The notes beneath the pieces were generated by a model that worked only from the letters and a program-made list of their open reading frames with translations, searched no databases and was not told the DNA's origin. A stretch of 53,938 nucleotides of DNA, counting the filler, from Sphacelaria rigidula (lineage: Eukaryota): the NCBI GenBank assembly GCA_964200075.2. It is 5 parts of 5 records of this genome, joined end to end, with 100 filler letters (N's around TTAATTAATTAA, not from the genome) between each part and the next. Parts side by side here need not be neighbours in the genome. Positions count along the whole stretch, not along the records: positions 21,618 to 32,324 come from CAXNAA020006047.1; positions 32,425 to 43,131 come from CAXNAA020006048.1; 3 more parts are not named here. One strand, given 5' to 3'. Position numbers and translations under genes: made by a program. How positions within the stretch are numbered: position 1 is the stretch's first letter; each line of letters opens with the position of its first letter. Of this stretch, positions 22,478 through 34,362 are shown one piece after another.

Positions 22478-24254
22478 CTATCGAAGGGTAGGGGGAAGGG
22501 GGGGGGTTGATGTCAAGTGCCTACCTACCTGCATCAAGTACAAAACTGGACCCTCGCCGCCTGATCATCCACCGGATTTGTTACCTGCAGAGGACAGGAA
22601 AAGGAATGCTGCCGCCACATATTACAAAGTACCGTGTCGATATCATGTCCATGTGTGCGTTACTCAAGTAGCTCTGTTCTTATCCCTCTTGTTTCAGGCT
22701 TGGAAGATATAGCCAGAGTAAGTACGACATCAATCCTGTAGGCGGCTAGTTCAACAAAACGTCAAGTGGTGCAAAACGACGAAAGAGAGTACGAGATCCT
22801 CACCATGGATGCAAATAAGGGCGATTTTGCCCAAGATATCGCATTTTATCTACCGTCGAACAAAAAGAGCATACGGCATCGGATGAACATACTCGGACGA
22901 AAGTCTAGCTCTTCTGGTTGGCAGACGTACTTTTGTTCTTTGTGGCCATGGCTGGGCCCAGAGAACAACAGCGATCATCTCGGTAGGTGATCGCCCTTTA
23001 GCGAATTGCCGTGGTGAGCAGGCCAGGCGAGAGTACGAGTCGTAGGCGATGATCATGGTCGCACTGCTACGACGCACAAATTGACCACAATGTTTTAGCC
23101 ATGCTCCATCATGTACATGAGTGTATCGGCTTGTGGCGACGGACACGGTCGGGTCCTCTTGTGATGCCACCCACCAGAGTAGTGACCCGTTTTCAGAGAA
23201 AGACCCGTGAGTAAACATTTGTCATGACTGACAGATGTTCTTGACCGTAAATAAAACCTTGACTCGATACTCGACGTGTATTGGAGACGTTTCTTCACCA
23301 TAAATAAAACGCGGACCGCAGCAGAAGTCATCAGACCACGTAGAGATCGAGTCCAACATGGATGGACTCTTACGCTCGTACGATGGAAAATCAAATGGGA
23401 CATGAGAGCTCAGTTCCATTTCTCCCTCAAGAGAAGCCTCTGTTGAATCGGACGGCCGTACGAGGTAGCATTAGCTAGGATTCGTGTAGTCGATAAGCCC
23501 AGTTGTCATTCCGTACCCTGGCCGGTGGTCCTCTCGCCAGTGCTTGGCTTCTCACTTCCCGAAACATTTTCGTCTAAGGTCTTGACCGCTCATTTCACAC
23601 GATCAGCTTCATTTGGGCACGGGCGCACATCTTTGTAAGATTTAAGCACAACCGGAGTACAGCACCACGTGCGCTAGGGTGTTGGCCTACATTATCAGTG
23701 ATCATGTCCATCCTGTACCCTACCGGTACCGCGTGTCAAACGTGGGCATTGCACCCAAAGGGCAAGTACAGGGAGAAGTACACAAGACCATCGTCAGGTG
23801 TCGGTGGACAAACAAATGGGACGATGACTATTGACGTGCCCGATATCTCCGACACAAACGCCGAAGAGGAGAGCCAGGTACCGAGAATCTTCACACAACA
23901 ACGGGTGAACAACCATCGATTCCCAAAAATCGGGACAAACAGGGATAAGGCTCACATTTGATCGATGTCCGAAACCTGGAACAGAGGTCAACAATCTCGT
24001 CATGAGACACACTTGGTATACTCATCATGAGACAGTGATTGTTTTTGGCTTCACATAAAAAAACCGCCCCTATATTTGCGCAGTACTTCCATTTCCGTAC
24101 AAGGTATGTGTTGCGGGCGCATTCCGTGGTCACAGGCCAAGTACCCAAAATAAGCTAGAGGAAAAACACACAAAAAAAAACAAGACCAAAGGAATTTCAC
24201 ATAGATGAGATACAAATGAAGGAAATACCGCTGACCTCATGAGATACGGTACCG

Positions 24255-24300
24255 CAGGCGACTATTCGAACTACTCAGGCGACTATTCGAACTACTCAGG
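24255..24300 (+). repeat. Perfect 21-bp tandem duplication
   Basis: CAGGCGACTATTCGAACTACT twice, followed by CAGG. Confidence 0.9.
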
Positions 24301-24989
24301 AACCGAATTTTAATAACCAAGCAATAAAAATCGCATGGTTCTATCCTTGTGAACCTCGTGCATTGGGGCACGTGACCTGAGAATGCCTGTTCCGCAGGCC
24401 TTGAAGATATAACGAAGGCAATATCTCCTTCCTCGCAGATAAATTTTAGTAAAGAAGGACGTGCTATCTAGGGGCCAACACATCGGGTACAGAACAATGC
24501 TGCTTAAGTATATTAAACACAAAGTTTATTCTTGACTGATTTGAAGAAAATACTCCCACCGACCATGTGAGTTCTTTCGCCTGGGTAGTCGGCGTAACCC
24601 GCGATCACCCGCGATATCGCGGTACAACTTTTATAGAGGGTGAACACTCGAGAGTAAAAAAAAAACTTGGTGCATCCCAGATACCTTCTAGACCCATTTC
24701 GTCGATGAAATAATCACGGTCAGGGTACCCATGAGACGGCCAAGAATCATAGCAATGAAGGACTGCTAAATATTCGAGGAAATTCGAAAATTTCGGACTT
24801 ATCAAAGCCGGCGGAGGGTGCCCGTCCCTGTCCACAGATCAACGACATGAACTGATGAACAACACCACAGTACAGCAGGGCTGCAGACCGGTTGACACAG
24901 TTTCAAAGACAGCCCAGATTTTCTCTTGCAGCCTCTAGCCTTACACCAGACGACAAAAAAATCGTGGTTACGCATCAAGATCTGTCCGC

Positions 24990-25439
24990 AAATGTGCGTG
25001 TGTGGGGGGTACTATTCACGCCAACTACCATTTTGTCCCTTGCGGGCTTCTCTAAAACATGGCACATAAAGGCGAGGGTAATATACAGACAGTACAGTAC
25101 TGAGTGCGAGATGGTATCCTTGACCCGTTGACTGGCCAACTGTTCTCGTGTTGAATCAGTATCATGCTCATTTTGAGCAGTCAGGTTCACTATACATCTG
25201 CAGTCAAGGGCCACGACTAGATATATTCAAAAACACACATGGTGACTTTATATAACAGGGTAATGGGTGGAGGTACGTCAGCGCGAAGCATGACAGACGA
25301 AATACACATTGATTACTGGTGCAGCAACGGCGCAACCTCTGGTCTATGGATGTCCTACGCGATTAACGAGAACATGGGTGTGCATCAGCACCTGTCCAAG
25401 AAAAGGGGGAGAAACAAATTTACCCAGGCAAAATTGTAG
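24990..25439 (+). pseudogene. Possible degenerate piggyBac-like transposase fragment
   Basis: MVTLYNRVMGG...IDYW resembles the piggyBac YNxxMGGVD...DHW region. The catalytic D is absent and the frames are broken. Confidence 0.3.
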
Positions 25440-28142
25440 CAAGGTATAGTGATCCGTGAAGTAAACAGAAGATACGGACTCAGCTCTCGAGACCTCAACG
25501 TGCTTGACGGTTTGCGGTAGTCGTTCAGTCGGTGCGAAGTACTGTTGTACAGCATGAGGCGATGGAAACAGAATACAGCAGACGTGGTTGCCTCCGGGAC
25601 TGTGATCACGCGCCAATAAACACGACGGAAGTTGCTTCAATCTGCAACCATGCACCAAATTATGTTTCACCAGAGATTCTGAGATACAGAGCAGCAGAGC
25701 CGCCACCCGTCATCTATACGACACCGCGTCTCAGTCGATATGAGTCCGCAGGTGCGGAAAGCTGTTCGCTGGGTAGGGGTAAAATATGGTGTTGACATAA
25801 CCATGCCTAGCGACAAGATAAACTCGGAGGAATGAGTGATCTCGAATTCTGGGTTTCCCAAGTGCCATCAAACTCTATACACAGTACAGTATCAGTGTTC
25901 AATCTATATCAAGCTATTTTTCCTACATACGCATGTGTGGTCCTTTGCTCACCTTTTCGCAGCCTCCAGCATATTCGCATCGCTTGTACACAACATCCAC
26001 CATATCCGGTTCTCTGTGGCCGGAGCAGTAGAGCGCCTGAATCATCATTGGCGCGGTGTGTGGCGTTGCCGTATTAATTTTTGTTGTCTCGGGAGGTAGG
26101 TGTGATTCGGCGGGCCGTGATCGCTCGTATGCCAGGAATAAAAAATGGCATCAGCTGCTTTTCAACGACAGGCCGGAGATCGGAGATACGTATATCGATT
26201 CAAATCATCCGTGGGTTCACGGTTTTCAACTGTTACCCAACTCCTTTTGCTGGAAACAGGGTGCGGGCGCACATGGGCGGAAATGTATTCGACAGCCGAG
26301 GCGGCTGCATCAAATCGTTCAAATGCACACGCGGACCCACACGCCACCAACCTGTGGCCAACCTTGTTATACTATATCGTGTGACTGATTTGCGCAAATG
26401 TGAAGGAGCTAACATACACATTTCGTGTACGGAGTAATTGTAGTCCCGCTCGTCGATGACCGCACCCGCATCACTTGGTCAAAAGCCAACCAATGCTCGA
26501 GCAAGCGCGTGTCTAACAACAGTGACATTTTTGACGGCGAGCCCCGACGTCAACCAGTCTGTTCATGCGTGGGGCGGTCCCCATCCATGCACCCACAAGA
26601 GAGAAGAGAGAGCGCGTGTTTTGATCGAAACGCACACCTTGCAAACGGAATGCAATGCAGAGGAGGACGGGGGAGCAAGAGACTGCAAAAACAATGTACC
26701 AAAATGTACTATATAAACCCCCACGATATTTTTCACGACAGGGATGGACCTTTGGGACCATCTGCTGTGCACGCATTTTAGATTCATACACATGACGATA
26801 CGCTGCAGAGCGCATTTCCTCTGGCAATCTGTGACCGTTCTTGTTTTTTCTCCATCAGCGGGCGTTTCGTCTATTTTTCGTTCTTGTTTTCCTTGCGACG
26901 ATTTGGTCATCGCTAGTCTACGATAGAACAGTCAGACCGGGATATCGCAACACGGACTACACAGCCCGTGTAATCACACACGCGAAAGCGAGGGACGACT
27001 GCTGACATTACTGCGAGCGGTGGGGGAACGCACAGATGGAAATTGGGTCTGCGGCGTGGCTTCATATACTTGTGAAGCAAGAAAATAAAACAGAGCATAT
27101 CGCACGCCCGAGATAGATAGGCATCAAGCTACGAATCATTCACGCTCGACATCACACCCAGACCATAGGGTTACACTCGCGCGTAGTGACGAGTGCTGCT
27201 ACTGCTCCGTGGTGGACTACAGAGCACTATTTATCGTGTGGCGGGCATGGTTAGGTACAGCGTTTTCACCATTGGAGAGGCGAAATAACTGAAGGCTAGC
27301 GACACAAAATATATATCTTTACTATTCACGACGTGGTACTTGTTTTACAGCCGTTTACAATATAATGCCCATACTGCTGTAATGATTTTCCACTGCTGCA
27401 ACCATGGGCAAGACTCCAAGACATGATGACATGAGAGGGCGACCACCACGCTTGCCGACTGTTGGCACAACAGGGGGAGAAGAAAGTGGGGGAACGACTG
27501 GGTAATAAAAGAAGGATAATTTCGCAATGGAACGCATCAGATGCAGCCCCCCCACTGGCTTCTGTGCTGTGCCAGCTACGGTGATTCATCCACTGAGGGA
27601 AACTAGGGGTTCGAAACAGGCGGCACGAGCAGCACGGCATGTATCCCTGAACACGAGAACGCACACAAGTCAATAGTGAAACGCAGACACGACACAAAAC
27701 AAACAGAGCCCACCGACACCAATCAGCAGATAATACCTTTATTACACTACCCGGAGAGGAGAAAAGGGAGGTGTAATGATCAAGACGTCCGAAACGATGG
27801 AATGGAAATCAAGCCCATAAACTGACGGTGCACCGCGTCAACAGTCCAATACTGGTTGCTCTTTCCCCGCCCGGAAAATTGTGGGGATACCAACATGTAG
27901 AGAGGGGCTCGATACTCTTCTTTTAAAGTTGCAGCAGCACGACACTACCGTCGAATGGATAGCACACCATGAACCGTCTCTGTTTTCGCATGTGCAAGAA
28001 AAAAAACGAGGAGATGACATAGACCATGATGCTTGCGCCTTCGCATCTTCAAGCAACCGGGAAAATTTGGGTGTTGTTTATTCTGCAAAAAGTCAAAAAA
28101 AGAAACCCAACCAAGCGAGAAAAAGTACAATGATAGACTGAC

Positions 28143-30125
28143 CCTTTGTCCTTTGAATCCGAATGTTGGTTGCTTGTCGCAATCATCGTGGCTACAGCGC
28201 CGACCGTGGATGTTGACCATAGCTGCACGAAACAAACGCACGCAGAAAACAAAGTGAAGGGTCGGTTGACATGGGGGGTTCGTGGTTGGTGCGATGCATG
28301 ATCACAAGCAGACAGGGCAGTGATGAGAACCAGACAGATCTGATGGGACACGAAAAATAGTGAAGAGTACAACAACAGTAGCGAGAAAGACATCACATCG
28401 TATAATAGTAGCGCCGTACAGTACATGCAATCATTAAGTTGTAGAGGAAAGACAACAGTAAAATCACGCCCACACGCACACGTTATGTCTGATGTCAGGA
28501 CAGCAAAATGGATGCCCCATTTCGTTTGTTTTTTAAATGTTGGCGACACGAGACAGAGACAATAACCTGCCAAACGACCCCCCGCCGTGAACAATGGACA
28601 GCAAGGCCCAACCCTAGGGACGTGAGCTGGAGGCTTCATGTCATGAGTAAATCATGTTTTAGTATGGTTACAGGCAGTGAACACCAGTGTAGAATTACGA
28701 CCCCGATGGGTCGGCACCACAAACGAAGCAAAGAAAAGTCACCGAACTCATCGTCCCTTTTTCGCGGATGTACAAACTACAAACATGGCGTTGTGTACTT
28801 TTCGCCTCTGGTGGAAGAGGAAGCAAGGAACGAACAACTACGAGCACACGCTTGTTGCATAAAATCACACCGTGCGCGGGGTACAATGCAACATGCAACA
28901 GACATCGTAGCCAGCAAGAGACGACATCAACCAATACCCGTCAGCACACCAGCGGGAAAAGGTTGGTTACACTCCAAGTTTGCTCCAAGTACCGAGCGAC
29001 AGCCGCCAAAACGCGCAGTCTTGCGGGGGCCGAAAATCCTCTCATGCTAAACCAAACTGGAAAAAGCAAGACACCACACACACACAGCATGAGTTTGCAA
29101 AATAAGCTCACCGGTTAAAGCGCTGCCAACACCGCAACACGTTGCAAACAAACTTACACCAACAGCTACCGCGGATGGGCTGGCTCACGTCGTGGACAGC
29201 GGTAATACAACGCAATTCACCTGGCTCCTTATGTGTAACGCAGAAGATAGCCTTGCCTCCAGGATTTCCATAGTGCGGCCTTTTGTAGCATCCCAATTTG
29301 GAGCACATTTTGTTATGCACGTTGACGTACCCGACATCCTTGTGCAAGGCGCAATACACAGGCTTCCCTCCGGGCAATCCATAGTAGGCATGCTTGCGAC
29401 AGTTGGGTCCCTCGCAAGACTTACGCACTGCTCTTGGCCGAGCAGCGGACGCTGCTGACGCGGCACCAGCGGGAGGGGCAGCCCCGTCAGACTTTACATC
29501 CTCTGCTGTCGTTCCCGCTAACCCTCCACCCTGCTCCGTTCCCGTGTGCGCAGGGTCCCCCTCTCGGGGAGGACTCGATGGCTGAGCTGTAATAATTGTA
29601 TGACTTCAGCCGTCGCCCTGGAGCGACGGTACTGTGCTGCGGGCGGGCGAGCAAAGCCTAAAGGCCACCCCGAGGCCGGCGGCCGGGCTGCTGCCTGCGA
29701 TAAAAGCCCGCTTCCGCCACCTTGCTGCTGCTCTAATGCAATGCGCACAGGTTACTGCACCGCAAAGGGTGGAATAGCTATGGTGATTTGCGGTGCACCG
29801 CAACGGGTGTGTTGGCGAATCGGCCTCTGGGCCCTGTTGGCTGGCTTTTTTTTTTTAACGTTTGATTTTTTTTCGCGCAACAACTACTGTTGTCTTGTGT
29901 CTTGTGTCTTGTTTGTAGTCTGTACAGTTTTCTGTGTTGGTCGCCCAGCAGATCGAGAATTTCGTTTCGGAGCCGGTAAAACATAACGGCAAGGGCGGAT
30001 TATTAGTTTTCGGGTGAAAAGCGAAGGGGGGTACGGGGCGACAAAGACAGCAGGGCCCATTTGCCGTTCTTCTCACCACCTGGGCGTCCGTGGTAAGTGT
30101 CGATGGTGCTACTGCTGTCACTCAT
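28143..30125 (-). CDS. EsV-1-7 cysteine-rich repeat protein (partial)
   Basis: Exons 29586-29221 and 28222-28143 join in phase 1, with a candidate first exon at 30125-30077. They encode CEGPNCRKHAYYGLPGGKPVYCALHKDVGYVNVHNKM-CSKLGCYKRPHYGNPGGKAIFCVTHKEPAMVNIHGRR-CSHDDCDKQPTFGFKGQR, i.e. 2.5 units of the C-x4-C..YG..G..C-x2-H..MVNV pattern of EsV-1-7 repeats. Downstream exons unresolved. Confidence 0.88.
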
Positions 30126-32324
30126 GACATCGATAACAAGATGCGTATTCTTTACGTACAGAGAATGAAAAATTAAAAGCCTTGCCCGAAAAGGTAACAA
30201 ACAAGCTTACTACACCCACATACTGCACGGTACTGACTCCTCCTGTTGTGGTGACTTCTTGTGTTGTACTGTATTCTGTATGAATGCTCTGCTATACTCC
30301 GCTGTGGTTGAGTGATCGGCACGTCCATGCCAAGTGAATCATGGAAACTTATACCATGCTGCAGTCAAATGAAATACAAAGTATAGCCCTCCTCCAGATG
30401 CTACATGCCATAATAAGTTGCGGATGACTTTTTCGTCAACTTCATGGTGCTCACCTTCCCTACCCGTGCCACAACCACATATCAACCAGACACTGCACGG
30501 ATCTATCTCTCTTTGTCATCGAAAATTTTGGCATTCCGAGGATGGAAAAACACAATGTATGACCAGCGAATGATTTTGTATTGGGCTATAACCAATGGTT
30601 GAGACCAGAAAGTTTTGCCGACCCTTTGGCGGGTGCCTCGTGCCTCATCACCAGCTGGGTTGTACTGCATGGTCGGGCCATCGTGAGTACGAGTACATGA
30701 TGGAGAGAAAGAGGAAAGAGGGAAAGAGAGAGGAGTCAAGAGAGAAAGCTCTGAGGTCTCATGGGGGGAAAGGGCAGGTGAGGCAAAGTTTTGGCGTAGG
30801 ATGCATCAGATACGGAAGGTGCAACAGCGGCGGGTTTATTTTTCTTCTGTATGTCCGTCTCGCCCCCTCTATACTATCCTGGTCCCTGGTTATACATATT
30901 ATATATATACGCGATACATCGAAATATCGCGACAGCTCCAAAAAGACGCACCCATTTTTGTTTTTGGGCCTCTTCGACCCAGCACTGATTCTTCTTATTC
31001 CTCATTTACTCTGGGTATCCTGGTACACGCTGGCATACTTCGTGTTGTGTGTGTGCTGCGTACTGTGTACTACACACACATCACACACATGAGAGCCTGA
31101 ATGCCGGGCTATCGAAGCGTACGTCGTTGGCGCCCATTCGAACTGTCTGTGTGGCACACCGGGATGACTCATTTTTCATCCATCAAAGCTTGTTGAACAT
31201 TGTTTCGCGTTGTAGCCGGGGCATTTGGCACCGATGAGCGTTGACATAATGAACAAGCACGACCAACCAAATCATCGAACACAAGAGACTAAACGCTTGC
31301 TATTACGGTAGAGACGTTTCGTTTCCGAAAGTCATCGCCACTCGAGAAACTGCATACTAACTGTATGAAATCAGGCCCTGCCGCCAAGGAGCGCAGTTCA
31401 CTTTCTAGCAGCCGAGGGCCCACCGAATCGCGGGTGAGGCAGCGGCGAACAACCGACGTGATCGGTGTCGGCGAGAGATGGGCTGTAACTAGTGGCGATT
31501 AGCGGTGGTAAAATCGAGATCAGTGGGATACCTGTGAAGTGTGAAAGCAACCCCACGTACAGATATGCTCCATGATTCGCCGGCTCCGATGGCGACCCGA
31601 TCATGATGGCTGTGAGAGTACCATGGGACGAAAGGATCCCGCACTTGTTCAGGCCGTCACCAAAGTGCTGATTGGGACCCGCGGTGGGGATTGGGAGTAG
31701 GGGGATAATGATGGATTTGATGATGAAACAATAACAGCTAGTAGTAATCGCTCCGCGAATATATGGCTCGGGCAGACGCAGTGGGTGATGGTTTCTTGCG
31801 GGGGAGAAGCGCGCGGGAACCACACACCCACAACAAGGCGCGCACTCGACCCTCGAACAGTAAATACCCCGATTCCCTTCTGGGTACATGCCCGGACAAT
31901 AGCCTTTGTCAGTCAAACACAATTATCTCGATAAGTGCATATAGCTACATACGAGCGATGTCGAAAGAATCATGCTTCCTTGGAAACGTCTCGTTTTGTT
32001 ATCTGTCGATTGACCCCCTTTTGTTGTTGGTGGTACCGACTTGGATGGCGTTTGCATCCTGTGCGTTCTCACTATGTCTTTACGGTGGCGTCAGGTACAG
32101 GGTGAGTGGAAACGGATGGAGACAGAGTGGAGAAGACGATGGACACTGACACGTTAGTAACAACGTACATCCGAGACATGCATCGCGGAGGTGGTTCTAC
32201 GTGCTCTTGAGGGGGGAATCCTTGCAGAAAGAGAGAGGGCGAAGGGGGGAGAGGTACAGCGAGAGAGTGAATTACAAACGAGGTGGTGGGCGGGTGGGTA
32301 GGTGGGGGGGTGTACTCATGATCA

Positions 32325-32424
32325 NNNNNNNNNNNNNNNNNNNNNNNNNNNNNNNNNNNNNNNNNNNNTTAATTAATTAANNNNNNNNNNNNNNNNNNNN
32401 NNNNNNNNNNNNNNNNNNNNNNNN
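32325..32424. other. Artificial contig linker
   Basis: N44-TTAATTAATTAA-N44. Confidence 0.98.
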
Positions 32425-32463
32425 AGAAAACAAAGAAAGAAAAAAAAAAAAGACAAGGGGGGG

Positions 32464-32499
<36 letters not shown>

Positions 32500-32869
32500 G
32501 CAGCTGTATTGTAGCTGTAAACAGTGAGTAAGTCCTCTTGTACGAACAAGCAAATCGGTCGGGTGCGCATGGATCATGACTTGTTCGACATGCGAAGAAC
32601 GCGTAACTTTTGATGGAATCCTCGCAGGTCTTCCCGGTGTCCTGAGCGGCGCGAGCTGGCGGATGCCGGACATGCACAACCCGGACACCAAGCGGTTCGT
32701 GCTCTCCCTGCCGTATGGAGCTGCCCCGGATAACGTGGTCGGGGCTATTCGGATGCGACTTTGCGTGCCGTTCGAGCTTATCCAGGTGACCTTTTTGGCA
32801 CTCTATGCCCCAAGATCAAGCAGCCCTATCAACTGCGGGGCGGATGTGCAGATGCCAAAAGAAATGGAG

Positions 32870-33106
32870 TAACTCATTCGAGGTTGTCATCCCACATGCA
32901 AGATAATGGGTACGCTTCGGGCCGAACAACCTTAGCAGGATGCAGCTCAAGGTTCATGTGATCTCGCCGAACACATCACGGCGCTTCGCGTTTGGTGATC
33001 GATTGCGAGCCTGTTCCGGCCAACATCCGGCGTGCTCCGTCCCGGCTTTGTATGTTTGCGAGGTCAACGGTCATATAACTACGGCAGGCGAGATACATGA
33101 GTACAC
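32870..33106 (+). repeat. Family P1, copy 3 (may extend upstream to about 32500)
   Basis: Reverse complement aligns with 21676-21900. Ends CATGAGTACAC followed by a C-rich tract. Confidence 0.85.
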
Positions 33107-33786
33107 TTCCCACCGCCTCAGGGCCCTAAGATGATGAGGAAGAGTCCCCGGCAGAGCTATCTTATTGTTTCTTCTCCAGAGTACACGGTGGTTGAACAAT
33201 GCCTTCACCGTCCGTGAATCGTATAGTAGTCGATTTACTTAGTTTCAGTATTACCCTCCCTCCCATTACCACCACTACCTCGTCCTCTCTGGTGCTGTTA
33301 TTTTCCTGAAGGGCGGCGGACGATGTACCTGATGAGGGAAAAGAAAGCCTCCAGTTGGTGGGCTCACTCACGCATCATAGAGCACACAGCGACTGAAAGC
33401 AGGACGAGCACACCCTCATTTCGTCGTTATTGTGTATTTGATGGTTATTTCCACCTTGCCGCATTTTGATGCCATCTCACCATATTTGGGCGTAACATAG
33501 CCGGTGGAGAAGGTGCGTTGTGTGAGGTCCATCACAGTGGACGATGTTTTGGCGTACATGCCAGAAAAACGCCTGTCCGACAGTTTTGAATGCCAATTAG
33601 TTCGAGAATAGAGGTTTCGAGACAAGGGAACGACAATTATATGTGTGACGCTCGAGCTTTAGTCCAACGAGTCTTTTGGTCTTGTCCACTCACCATAGCT
33701 ACATCATTTAGTCAAGCAATCAGTCAGAACATAAAATCACCTACATGACCAGGCTTGCTTCTCTGTACAAGTATCTTTCTCACATA

Positions 33787-33875
33787 TCTATATATATATA
33801 TATATTGATGGTCGTACTTTAACTGACCACCCATGGGTCCAACCGTGGTGGCATGATAGACGTAGCCAACAATAT
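33787..33875 (-). repeat. LINE/SINE-like 3' end, second copy
   Basis: CTTTAACTGACC.CCCA.GGGTCCA.CCGTGGT..CATGATAGACGTA.CCAACAA matches 11687-11742. Preceded by (TA)n. Confidence 0.75.
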
Positions 33876-34362
33876 ATATATACACTCTAGTACAAAAACC
33901 ACATGGCCACATGATAAAAACTGGAAGAAAAAAAAAAACGGGATACGTACGTGATATATGTGTACATCACATTTGATGTATTTGACTGCGTTCAGTGAAA
34001 AGGATACGCCGTACGGTACACAACTATTCTGAAGAGCAAAGTGTGATGCGTGTGCGTACAGTATAGACATGTACATGATTTTTATCGTTTGTTCGACGAA
34101 TATATAGGCGCGTATACACTCGAAATGGAATGATTATCAGAGAAAAGCATCTCTATAAACAATCACGTTAATTACACATACAAATGTACGTACGTATACG
34201 TGCATACGTGCATACGTGCATGCATGGATAATACTTCCTGGAGCGCACATTTTGCATACGAACGTATGCACCATTGGCAAGTACGTATATACATGAATAA
34301 TCCGTAGATGAACACGCATGTTCTTCACTCGTTCTGTCGATGGACGAATAAAAATAAAACAG

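Noticed and set aside
31090..31250. Possible additional degenerate EsV-1-7 repeat on the minus strand
   Set aside because: It needs frameshifts and stop read-through, and the Cys/His spacing is not convincing.
33162..33625. Short exon-like segments on either strand upstream of the TRP exons
   Set aside because: No recognisable protein motif, and they could not be joined into a supported model.
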